Shown here in pieces: positions 24,292 through 34,812 of a stretch of DNA of 64,000 bases (positions within the stretch are counted from its first letter, which is position 1; every line of letters starts with the position of its first letter). The notes below the pieces were generated by a model. The model was not told where the DNA came from and searched no databases. It saw only the letters and a list, made by a program, of their open reading frames with translations. Source of the DNA: Neodothiora populina (taxonomy: Eukaryota); assembly GCF_041146345.1 (NCBI RefSeq), contig NW_027191404.1, positions 1,488,001 to 1,552,000 of the forward strand, read 5' to 3'. A program made the position numbers and the translations under genes.

Positions 24292-25056
24292 ATATACGGC
24301 TGGCTATACTCATTTATGCAGAGTAGAGCAAAGGAAGACACCGGCTGCACGGTTCGTCTTGTGAGCAAACATGCTCTGCGCAGCTAACCTAACTCGGTCG
24401 GAGGTTCACGTCCAATTGGTGCCGAGGAATGCGTAGGGAATCTGGACGAGGCAGCAGCTACTCAGTCACTCCATCGATTATCGCAGTGCATTCGGTGTTT
24501 CCTCGACTGTATATCGATGGCCGTTTACATATGACGTCTACTGAATGCGCCAGTGTGTCGTACCTAATCATACCATACTGCTTTCGCTGATCTCGCATTC
24601 TCTGTGTGTCTATACTGTACATGGAACCGGCTGATCGGTCTCTCTGCCTGAATGCCCTCGAGCGTGCTCCTTCTCCACAACCCTTGGCTCTTTCCTGTTT
24701 GATTCACATTCACCCCCACCACGGCCCTGAGCCCGCAGGAGCCTGAGCCTGAACCTGAGCGGAGCGTACCACCAACTGCCAACTGCCGCCGCTCTTCCCC
24801 TTCCACAATCAGTCACTAATCACCGCGCAACTCCTCCTTCTGCTGTCTTCTCATCGTCAATCGAATTAGCCTTCATTCCTGGAATGCATGATACGCCATC
24901 TCCTATTTGTTTTCCGTCTCTGAAGACAAGGCCTGTCGAGGAGTGACGAGGGCGCTGCTGCGCGTCACCGCCCATCTCCGCACCACTCCCGTGTCTCTTC
25001 CGCAACCGCAACCGCAACCGCAACCGCAGTCGCAACATTACAATTGTCAATCCACA

Positions 25057-28000
25057 ATGCCACCACTCACACCGCCGCCGCCGTCGCAAGCGTCGTCGAC
25101 GTCTTCGCAATTCATCCCCTCGTCCACTTTCAAGAGGCCTGCCCTCCACCTCTCCGCTCGCTTCAGACCTTCCTCGCCCGTCGCTCCTTCCTTTGAGCCC
25201 TTGTCACCCCCTCCCCTGGCTGGTCGGAGCCTCGACTACACCACCGCTGTGCCATCGCAGCAATCTCCACAGCATGGCTCGCTGCCGCTCGCTCAGACCG
25301 ACGGTCCTGCCGATGTCCGGCCACCACCGTCCAGCAATGCTCCTCGCGGTCGCAAGCATCAGCGCACACCCTCAACCATCCAAGATCTCGCTGACGCCGC
25401 CCTATTGACGAACAAACCGCAATCTTCCCCTGAGCCTCAACCACGTCCACAACCACAAGTGAGGAAGTCGTCTTCGGTCAGCTACCATGTCCAGCACTCG
25501 CCGCCTCGGTATGCTGTGCAGCCCGCCTGCTATTCCCCACACGCCTACAGAGAGCCCGCCGTCAAGAGAGCTCGCTCAGAAGTCGGACCCTCTCCTCACG
25601 CCTACGCTTTCACAGCCCGCCCCTCGACAAGTCATATGCCTCCCAATGGCGTCGCCTGTGCGCACAATGTCGAGCAAAACATAGATCGCGCTGTGAGGCG
25701 CCAGTCCGTCAACGCCATCCCTTCGGAAGATGCTGAGCTGCTCCTCAACTTCGCCAGTCGCGTGCAGCCAAGGCCCGTCAAGATGCCGAGTCCGGTCCGC
25801 GAGTCTTCTGCTCGACCACCTCCTTCACTTGCGCCGTCAGTACCCTCCCCACCTACTCTACCTGCGCTACCTGCTCCTGTGACGACTACCTCGGCAACTG
25901 AACTTGTCCAAGGCCCCAGCCAGCACGACCCTTCGGCTTCGCTGCCTTCTCCACAAGACACCAACGCGAATGAGGAAGAGCAAGGGAATGCATCCGATAA
26001 AGTGGTTGTCCAAGTCCCGGTGCAGTCAGACTCGCGCCGACCTTCTCCGGAAGATGTCATGGTGCTCGACCGAGGACAAGAGCCCTCTCTACCTCTCGCG
26101 CCGCAACAAACCCGGACCCCACCAGAGGAAGATCTGCAGGCGCCAGACGCCGATGCATCGTCACTGCTGGTCCCGCTACCTGACACCACACCTCAAGACG
26201 TGGCGGCGGCAGCGGCCAGGCAACCGAGCCAGGTCGAGTCTCTTTCTGCTGACACCGCTGGCGAGACGGATTCACCAAAGTCCAGACCGCGCAGAGGATG
26301 GCCCAAGGGAAAGCCGAGAGGACCTCGCAACAAGGCCAGCAGCACGACCAAACCACGCTCCTCTGTACGCAGATCACGAGCATCGGCCAAAACAAACGGT
26401 GAAAATGGCAGTACGAGCTCTGGGGATGATGTGCCATACTCTAATCGAATGAGACGGAAATCCGAGACCGACTTAGCCACATCGACTGCCTTCGATGCAT
26501 TCACTTCGGCCCACCCGGTCCATCGGCAATCATCAGTACCGCCCCACTTCAAGTACGAGAAGATACCCGTACGCCCGAGATCTGGTGCGGGACGCAGAGC
26601 GTCGAAAAAGGTGGCAGAGGACATCATCTGTAGCGGGTGTGCCCAGACGCGCGAGTCCAGTCACGGCGAGCTGGACCAGTGGATCGGCTGCAATGGCTGC
26701 AAGGGTTGGTTCCACTACGACTGCGCCGGATTCAAGAACGAGCGCGACGTCAGAGACGTGGACAAGTTCTTCTGCGAGCCGTGCGAAGCGCAGCACGGAG
26801 CCACGACCTATGTCCGCAAGTCTTCTCGCACTCATACAAACGTCGACTATGCTGGTCTGAATCAGGGCATCCTCAAGACATCTGACGAGGACCCTGAACA
26901 TCACTATATTCAGCCCATAAAGGATGGTACCTTCACTTTCGACCCCGAGACATTCCTTCGCGTACGCCCCGAGCTCGTCACGGCCGAATATTTCGAAACG
27001 TGCGCCTCCTTCAACGAGCCCATCCTGATACCCGCCGAATGGAATCCTAAGCGAAAGGCTGATCTTCGACCATCTGCCGATGTGGACATGCCTGATGCCG
27101 ACGAGGCTGTTGTGGATGCTGCTACTTTCCAGTCTGCCGAAGAGGAGGATGTCATGACAAAAGAAATGGAATACGAGACCATTTTCGACGACGGCCAGGA
27201 CAAGCTGGGCATGGTCATACCTCAAGGGCTCACTGTTAGACATGTCGCCAACATCATCGGTCCGGACGAGCCGCTCGATGTCATCGATGTCAAGACTCAG
27301 GGCACCCACGGTCGATGGAACATTGCCAGATTCGCGGATTATTACGAATCAGAGGGCGACAAGCCAGTGCGTAATGTCATTAGTCTGGAAGTCTCTCACA
27401 CCAAGCTGGGAAAGCTGCTCCAGCGACCGAAGCTTGTCCGCCAGCTCGACCTGCAGGATTCGGTCTGGCCTGCCGAGGAGTCGGCCAAGGGGAACTATCC
27501 CAAGGTTCAGTATTACTGCTTGATGTCTGTGGCAGACAGCTTCACCGACTTTCACATAGATTTCGGTGGGTCTTCTGTCTACTACCACATCCTCCGCGGC
27601 AGGAAGACCTTCTTCTTCATTCCCCCCAAGCCGAGTCATCTCAAGGCCTACGAGGACTGGAACAACTCACCTGAGCAGAACTTCACCTGGCTCCCCACCA
27701 AGACCAAGGAATGCTATCGTGTTGATCTGTACGAGGGTGACACCATGCTTATTCCTTCTGGCTGGATTCACGCTGTGTGGACCCCGACTAACAGTCTAGT
27801 CATCGGCGGAAACTTCCTCACACGTCTGCACTACTCTACTCAATTCAAGGTTGTAGACATAGAGAAAGCCAACAAGACGCCAATGAAGTTCAGGTATCCT
27901 CAATTCCAAAGAGTCATGTGGTACACTGTCATCAAATATCTCGATGCGGATCCTCTACCGGCAGCTGTTGCACAAGCCTTCAATGATGGCTCCCAGTATC

Positions 28001-30356
28001 CTCGGGAGCATCCCATCTGGCAGGACTTCTCTGATGATGTTTCCGCCCCGAGTGGTGTGCCTAACACGCCTGAGTACAACGCACGGTACTATTCACAGGC
28101 CGAGCTTGACGGCCTTCCGGAGCTTGTCAACTTCATCTTCCGCACCGTCATGATCTCGCTCGGCCGGATCGAGGGCGTGTCAGAAGACACTCGCAAGAAG
28201 GTGGTCCGGTCCATCCCCAAGGGCCACGGCGATCCGCTCGATGTAGCAAGAGCTTTCGCTCTGTGGGTTGCTTGGAAGCGTGGCGATGAAGATCCTCCAG
28301 CATGGGCGCATCCTGAAGCTGATCTGCCCGACAAGGAATCCGCTGAGCCGAAGAAGCTCAGTGCTCGTGCTCTGAAGCAATTGCAAAGGCAGGAAGCCAT
28401 CAACGCTTACCGTATCGCCGGTCCTGACAGACAGTCCTCACGCATCCAAGCTCCGAAGGGGTCGGTCTCAGTGTCCGCTACCTCACCTGCTCCCAGCGCC
28501 CCGAGTGTGCAGCACCAGGTTGTAGAGGGACCTGTATCGCTCGCTCAATTCACAAGCACCCCAAAGACCTCGGTCCTGGGGCCAAAACGAGTCGCCTGCG
28601 ATGCTTGCAGAAAACGAAGGATCAGATGCAAGCACAAAGAGCACGTTACCCAGACGACCCCAGCATCTATGCCGTCCATGCCATCCATGCCTTCCCTGAC
28701 CTCTACTAGCAACCCTTTCGACGGCATGGTCCTCGGCCAGCAGTCCTTTCAACAAACGCCCGAGCAGCATCAATTCATCGGTTACATGGATGATACTCCG
28801 CCTGCTGTGGCTAAAGTGGAGCCGATGCAGTCTCTGGGAGGTGTCGCTCCTCAGGCGCCCATGACTGCTCCTGACGCCGCAGGTCCTGCGCTTGTGCCAG
28901 GTAATGCCCTCTTGGCCGATCCAAACAGCAAGCGTGGGAGAAGCAAAGCTTGTTTTGACTGTCGTAAGAGCAAGGTAAGTCGTAGCTAACAATCATCTGC
29001 TGTGCTGGCTTTGCTGACCGGTCATGATAGCGGAGATGCGTACACGACGAAAATGGAAAACTGGATCCTGTCAAGGCAGAACAGATCCCCGTGCCCCGTG
29101 GCTCGGGCGGGAAGAAGCGCAAGGCGAGCACGAATGGTGGAAGCCCATCGGGGAGAAAGTCGTCGCAACCATTGGCCTTTGCCAACAACTCTGCTTCGTC
29201 CAGCCATGTCGCCCCGACTATGCCTTACCCAATGGGTAATGGATACCAGTCTGGCACGCCTTCGCAGCAATTCCAACAGCCCTCGCCATACCCAGAGCAG
29301 TCTGTTCAACCCCAGTGGCAGCATTCGACATATGTGTACCCCGATCCTATCAATGGGGACCCTGTTGGTTCCAGCAATGGCCCCTATCATCAAACACAAG
29401 ACAGCCACATTCCGTACAACCAGCAGTCTCTAGAACAACTCGCCAATGATGTGTTGGACTCAAGATATGTCAACAATGATGAAGACGGCGGATACACTGT
29501 GCCTCAACACAGCGGTGCAGTACAGCCGTCCGCTTACCCAATGCAGCAAGCTGTCCAGTCTCACCACACAGTGCAGACACACCACAGCAGTGACAGCGGC
29601 GTGGTTTTGCCAGAAGGACAGCCTACCATGGGAGGTCCCGTGCAGGATGTCAGGCCTGCCACAGAAGCCACCAAGTCGAAACCGCTCACGGAGCACACTG
29701 ATGGTATCGCGCCGGAAGTCCCCTATCCGATTGAGGTAAATGGCACCGGTGTCAGCAAGACCAGCCCCCAGAAGTCTGATGTACAGCCGAACACATTGGC
29801 TATACAGCAACCTATCGTTGGCACTGCAAGCCAAAGTGTCCAATCTGTACCGGAAACGTCTAGAAAATCTGAAGCCCCGGAGGCCAACGAAGCTGTGAAG
29901 AGCCCGGATACGACACACAGCGTCACGCACAGCAATGACACTACTAGTGACCAATCATCAGTGAAGCCGGCAGCTACTATAGTCTCGCCTCAGCTTGCGA
30001 GACCCGGGCTCAGCAATATACCTTTGTACGAACCACCAAGCTCGCTAAAAGAGCGTCGATTGTCGAAAGCATCACAGCCTTTGGAGGACATAATGGCTCT
30101 CATCGAAGGACCTGAACCTTTGCAGCGCGACAATCGTCCCAGAAGTGCTAGCAAGACCCCGGCTCCGATGGGACCACCTAAGTCGCAAGGTTCTCCCAGC
30201 AGTGTCAGGAAAAGAAAGGTTGATCACATTTTCGCCAGTCCCACCGGGACGAAGAAGGCGAAGTTCGAGGAAGAGGACGAAGAGAGTGTAAGACTTGCTA
30301 AAGAACTGCAAGGTCAAGATTGGGGCTTGCGAAGGCGTAGTCGTGAAGCTATATAG
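25057..30356 (+). CDS. JHD1: JmjC histone demethylase Jhd1 (KDM2/7-like): PHD finger, JmjC domain and two Zn-cluster-like motifs (intron 28975-29030)
   Basis: PHD finger: CSGC...WIGCNGCKGWFHYDC...FFCEPC. JmjC: YPKVQYYCLMSVADSFTDFHIDFGGSSVYYH and IPSGWIHAVWTP. A GTAAGT..TAG intron joins SK to RRCVHDENG. Start taken at MPPLTPPP (approximate). Confidence 0.92.
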
Positions 30357-30485
30357 ATATGACTACTACGTGATACGGAGTTTTTGCTTACATGGTATGG
30401 TTTTTCAGGGCAGACCATTGGTCACAGGATATTGGCGTTATGATTAGGAAGCTTGATCGGCTGCTGTGGGACGGTTTACTTGATA

Positions 30486-30498
30486 GGGGGGGGGGGGG
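30486..30498. repeat. G13 homopolymer
   Basis: Direct reading. Confidence 0.9.
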
Positions 30499-31635
30499 AA
30501 AGCATGTGTGCAAACATGCAGCGAGGCGCAATAGGATTATCGGGGATTGACTATCATATCTGTAATTCGTTCTTGATCAGTTATCAGATGGCAGGACGAA
30601 GTGTGCCACTGCAATAAAATCAAATATATATCTGCATACAAGCATCGTAGTTTTTGTTCTGGTGAAGGTGCAGCAAGCGCTGGTCCGGGAAGATTTGCTC
30701 CTTCATTGGCTTGCTTACTGTACTCATCTTTCTACCGTACTGTGACCTTGTTTATCGTGCAGAACCTTCAGTCCTTTGTCATCTTGCGTCTAGATCAGCT
30801 CAGGTTTGCCGCCACACTCTCGACCATCGCATCTTCGTATGAATTCAGTGATGTGACTCAGGTCGGAGTCGCTCTCGACCAGCGCTTTTGACATAGCGCG
30901 CTGTTGTAGAGGAAGCATAGGGACCCCAGCACTTCACCACCTTCACCCGAGTATACGAGTATACGTGTGAGACTTTCCTGTCCACGATCACAATGGTTTC
31001 GTAGTGGTATGCGATCCGAGGCGATGGACACAAAGAAAACTGTAAAATAACTTTCATCTATCTTCCTGCTGGTCGTATCAACCCACGTTGCTAGATCTCA
31101 CTGGGCGGCAATCTGAAACATTGGGACAGAGTCGTGTACCGAATAGTTTTACTCGACATTACCAAGTCAAGAAGTCCCAAACATAAGCGCCGCAGATTTG
31201 GATCAAACACTGGGAGACACAAAAACATGCTTCGGGCCTCGTGGCGTGCATGTGCATGTAGGTCAATGACAGACGGGTCGTGAATGTCACAAGTCTTGTT
31301 CGCTGTCCTACCATGTGCATTCTGGCTACAGAGTTCGCGCTTCTGATCCTGTGCTGAAACTCTGCTCTTGTCCTTTTCCTTGATCTCTGTCGCAGTATGC
31401 GCTTGCTCTTTTCTTCGTAAGTATGAAGTGTAAGGATGTGACGATGAAGTAGAGCTTCGACGACACTTCTATCACTTCTATCACTTCTATCACTTTGCCA
31501 CACCGGCCAACAACGCTGCATCTTGTAAACAGGTAGTTCAGGCTGGTCCTGAAAAGATGCACTTATGGTATTATATGCTTATATGGCATGACTTACCGAA
31601 GCTTAAACTGACACTGATAGACGCGGGATATACAA

Positions 31636-34479
31636 ATGCACAGCCTGGATGCTGTGACATCGTATGAATACATAACTGTTTGTTACTCGACCAGCACTGT
31701 CTATACTACGGTACCTTATAAGACACATGCGACTTTGAATGTCTTGCCTGGAAGTGTCTCATCGGACTCTCTCTCTTTGAGCGCCACATCTTCGAGCAAG
31801 AACGCATCGTATATCTGGGGTGGCCCGAGTAGAATAGGATCTACCGACACGTCTTCTTTATCCTTGCCAACCATGGTCACTTCACACACGACCTCAACCA
31901 CGACCATCAAACGCACTGTATTCACGACTTCGACAACCACGATCACGCCCCTCACTTCGAGCAGGCTCGAAACAGCAGAGACAATCTCCGCGTCTGTGAC
32001 GTCCTCTACTATAGCATTCTCTACGTCCTTTTCAGCAGGGCTGCTAGGCGGTCTCCCTACTGAGCCAAGCTACCACGAACCGGTCCAACAACAGCAGCCT
32101 AGTCAAGAAATTGGACGAGGTCCTGTATCGCGACGTAGAGCAGGTGCAGTTGCAGGAGGTGTTACTGGTGCTGTAGCAGGTCTCGCTGTCATTTTCCTTT
32201 TGTTTCTATTTCTTCTTCGCCGTCGAAGAAGCCGTGAGAATGAAGCAGGTACAGATGAGAAAGGCGGTCGCTCCTTGCAAGCTCAGCGAGGCTCGACAAA
32301 TGCTCGCACAGTCTCTCAAAGACTAGCTTTGCCCTGGCCGCAGAGGGACTCGGAAGCTCAGCAAAACCAGCAGCACGTTGATGGTCTTGGGATATCAGAT
32401 GAAGCGTCAAGGAGAAGCACACCTCAGATACCATCGATACGTTCAGTCTCGTCTATGCCGGTCATAGAAGACGGACTGATACGTATGAGTCTGAATCACT
32501 GGGATAGACCGTACTCGTTATATAATCAGGACCCCCGATCCCTGCACCCGAGTCTGCTTCCCATGCCTCTAAGGGTCATGAATCCCGATGCTGCTCGCAC
32601 TTCTACTTCGCGACCCCGGACGCCGATTGCAAGACTCGATAGTGCGAACTTGGTGATAGCAGCCGCTGCTGCTCACGATGATACAGCAAGATCACCGCCA
32701 TTGGGTCAAGGCAAACGCAAGAAACCTTTTGGTGCTGCGATCGCAAAGATGAAGAGGACGTTTTCTGGTGACGTTGTACCACGCAGCAGGGTTGTAGCGA
32801 CTGATGCAAAGCGCGATGAAGCTGCTGTTCAGATCAATGTGAATGACGATCATTTACAACCTCCTGCGCGAGCAGCACTAATGGAACACCCGCTTTACAT
32901 GCGCTCGTCGGTGATCTTGGCTGGAGGAACGACAATGTTCAAGACACCGCGGCCTGCTCCTTCACCGCTACGAGGTGTATACACGCCTTCGACACAATCA
33001 GGAGACGAAGGAGAAAGGGGTAACGCTGCTTCTGCGACTCGTTCTTCTGCAGACACATCTTGGGATCTCGTCACGCAACAGGCTCCTGAAGACCCATTTG
33101 TCACACCATCTCCACCTCGGGTATCACCTCTTTCTCACAGCTCGCCTCAGGAGGAGCAGCGCTCTGTGTCGCCACTGACCGCAGACGAAAGTATGTACTT
33201 TGGAAATAGTTCCATCATGCCGACCCCGGAGGACAAACAGCGTCCCCTGCAAGGATGGAAAAGCTATTCGGAAAAGCAATTACCACCTGCTCCGATCTCT
33301 TCACGGATAGGCGAGTGCGCGAATAACAAAGTCAAAGGGAGGGAGCCCCCGCCGATACCGCCTCTGCCGTATCCTGCTGCTGCTGCTGCTGCTGTAGTAC
33401 CTTCGTCGTCTCGAAACAAGCAATCATTCTCTCGACCGTTCCCACTTCCTTTGCCTCTGCCTTTGACTAGACCCCCGGCATTGACATCGTACCCAGAAGG
33501 CTATACCACGATCAAGACTCCAAACAGCAGCCACCACAAGGAAGATTACGATGGCGACAAGTCGACGCCGAATTATGTTACCTATGACAACGACAGCTCT
33601 TCGTATCACCAACCGAAGCAGCGCTATTCCCCTCTTTCACGATCCACCTCACCTCGCACTAACAGCACTAGAGATGGCCCTGCTTCGTCACCACCAGTAC
33701 AGCCATATTCGACAACGAGACAAAGACATCCCTCTTCAAACGAACGCACATATCTGACTCCGGAGCCCTGGCACATTCACACCCGACGTGGCCCCAACCA
33801 AGGAGACGAAGACAGCTCGGAAGGAGAAACACCGACGACAATAAATTCCCCATCCGCATCATCATCATCATCATCATCATCCCCTCATTCTCTCTCCTCA
33901 GCGCACGAAGACAAAAACCACATGCCTCCCTCCCCCCCGCGCCAACCCCCAAGCCCGACTCAAACCCAATCCTCAGACCAGCTCCACCTCCCGCGCCACA
34001 GAGCCCGACGACCCAACAACCCCATCCCCATCCCTCCCAGCAACAGCAGCGACACAACCTCTACAAAATCAGGCAAAAGCGGCCCATTCGATCTCGCGAC
34101 GGCTAGTTTTCTGAGGATCTCGAGCTCGTCGTGCGCAGAGCGAGACGCGAGCGACGCAGACGCAGCCCGAAGGAAAGGTGATGGCGGGAATAGTGGCGAC
34201 GATACCGTCATCATCAGGAGATCGAAACGCAGAAGAGAAGAAAGAGAAGAAGCAGAAGAAGGCGGGCGGCATAATTGCTGGAGCACCAACGCCAGCGCCA
34301 GCAGTGATTGTATATACGATCAAGATAGCAGCAGCGATGACAGCACTATCAGCCACGAGCGAGCTCGACGGGGCAGAAGGCAGAGGGAAGAACAGAGCGA
34401 AGCAAGGAGGAGAGGCGAAACCGACGCTTTTGCATCTCCGAATTGGAGGGCGGTGTTGGGCGTGTATGAAGGGACTTGA
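31636..34479 (+). CDS. Type I membrane protein with Ser/Thr-rich ectodomain and long disordered cytoplasmic tail (Mid2/Axl2-like architecture); true 5' end probably upstream
   Basis: 947-codon ORF with an S/T-rich N-terminal part, a TM segment AGAVAGGVTGAVAGLAVIFLLFLFLL followed by RRRRSR, and a Pro/Ser-rich tail. An acceptor-like CTGAC..TAG at 31620 suggests upstream exon(s). Confidence 0.75.
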   Translation: MHSLDAVTSYEYITVCYSTSTVYTTVPYKTHATLNVLPGSVSSDSLSLSATSSSKNASYIWGGPSRIGSTDTSSLSLPTMVTSHTTSTTTIKRTVFTTSTTTITPLTSSRLETAETISASVTSSTIAFSTSFSAGLLGGLPTEPSYHEPVQQQQPSQEIGRGPVSRRRAGAVAGGVTGAVAGLAVIFLLFLFLLRRRRSRENEAGTDEKGGRSLQAQRGSTNARTVSQRLALPWPQRDSEAQQNQQHVDGLGISDEASRRSTPQIPSIRSVSSMPVIEDGLIRMSLNHWDRPYSLYNQDPRSLHPSLLPMPLRVMNPDAARTSTSRPRTPIARLDSANLVIAAAAAHDDTARSPPLGQGKRKKPFGAAIAKMKRTFSGDVVPRSRVVATDAKRDEAAVQINVNDDHLQPPARAALMEHPLYMRSSVILAGGTTMFKTPRPAPSPLRGVYTPSTQSGDEGERGNAASATRSSADTSWDLVTQQAPEDPFVTPSPPRVSPLSHSSPQEEQRSVSPLTADESMYFGNSSIMPTPEDKQRPLQGWKSYSEKQLPPAPISSRIGECANNKVKGREPPPIPPLPYPAAAAAAVVPSSSRNKQSFSRPFPLPLPLPLTRPPALTSYPEGYTTIKTPNSSHHKEDYDGDKSTPNYVTYDNDSSSYHQPKQRYSPLSRSTSPRTNSTRDGPASSPPVQPYSTTRQRHPSSNERTYLTPEPWHIHTRRGPNQGDEDSSEGETPTTINSPSASSSSSSSSPHSLSSAHEDKNHMPPSPPRQPPSPTQTQSSDQLHLPRHRARRPNNPIPIPPSNSSDTTSTKSGKSGPFDLATASFLRISSSSCAERDASDADAARRKGDGGNSGDDTVIIRRSKRRREEREEAEEGGRHNCWSTNASASSDCIYDQDSSSDDSTISHERARRGRRQREEQSEARRRGETDAFASPNWRAVLGVYEGT

Positions 34480-34762
34480 GAGCATGGAGACTTGTACTAC
34501 TATATTTGAAGAATATCATCACTTTTGTTTGCCTGTCAAGAATGAACACGAGGGGAGTGTTTTGTTCTGACTGCGCTATTGGACGTTGTGAGACGGAATA
34601 TTGTAAGAAGAAAAAGGATTTATTACGGTATCGTTTTTCGTATAGTATCTCTATACTCTGTCCCTTCCGAGACTCTCTCGAGAAAGATGGAGAATGAAGA
34701 AGTCCGTGTGAAGAAGAAAAGGGCTATTGAACACAGGCTTCCAGGTACGATGATCCCTGATG

Positions 34763-34791
34763 AGAAGAAGAAGAAGAAGAAGAAGAAGAAG
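34763..34791. repeat. (GAA)n microsatellite between convergent genes
   Basis: Direct reading. Confidence 0.9.
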
Positions 34792-34812
34792 CAGTGATCA
34801 GAAGATAGAAAA

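Noticed and set aside
24390..24428. GGTTCACGTCC B-box-like sequence within a possible hairpin
   Set aside because: No cloverleaf, A box or acceptor stem, so it is not a tRNA.
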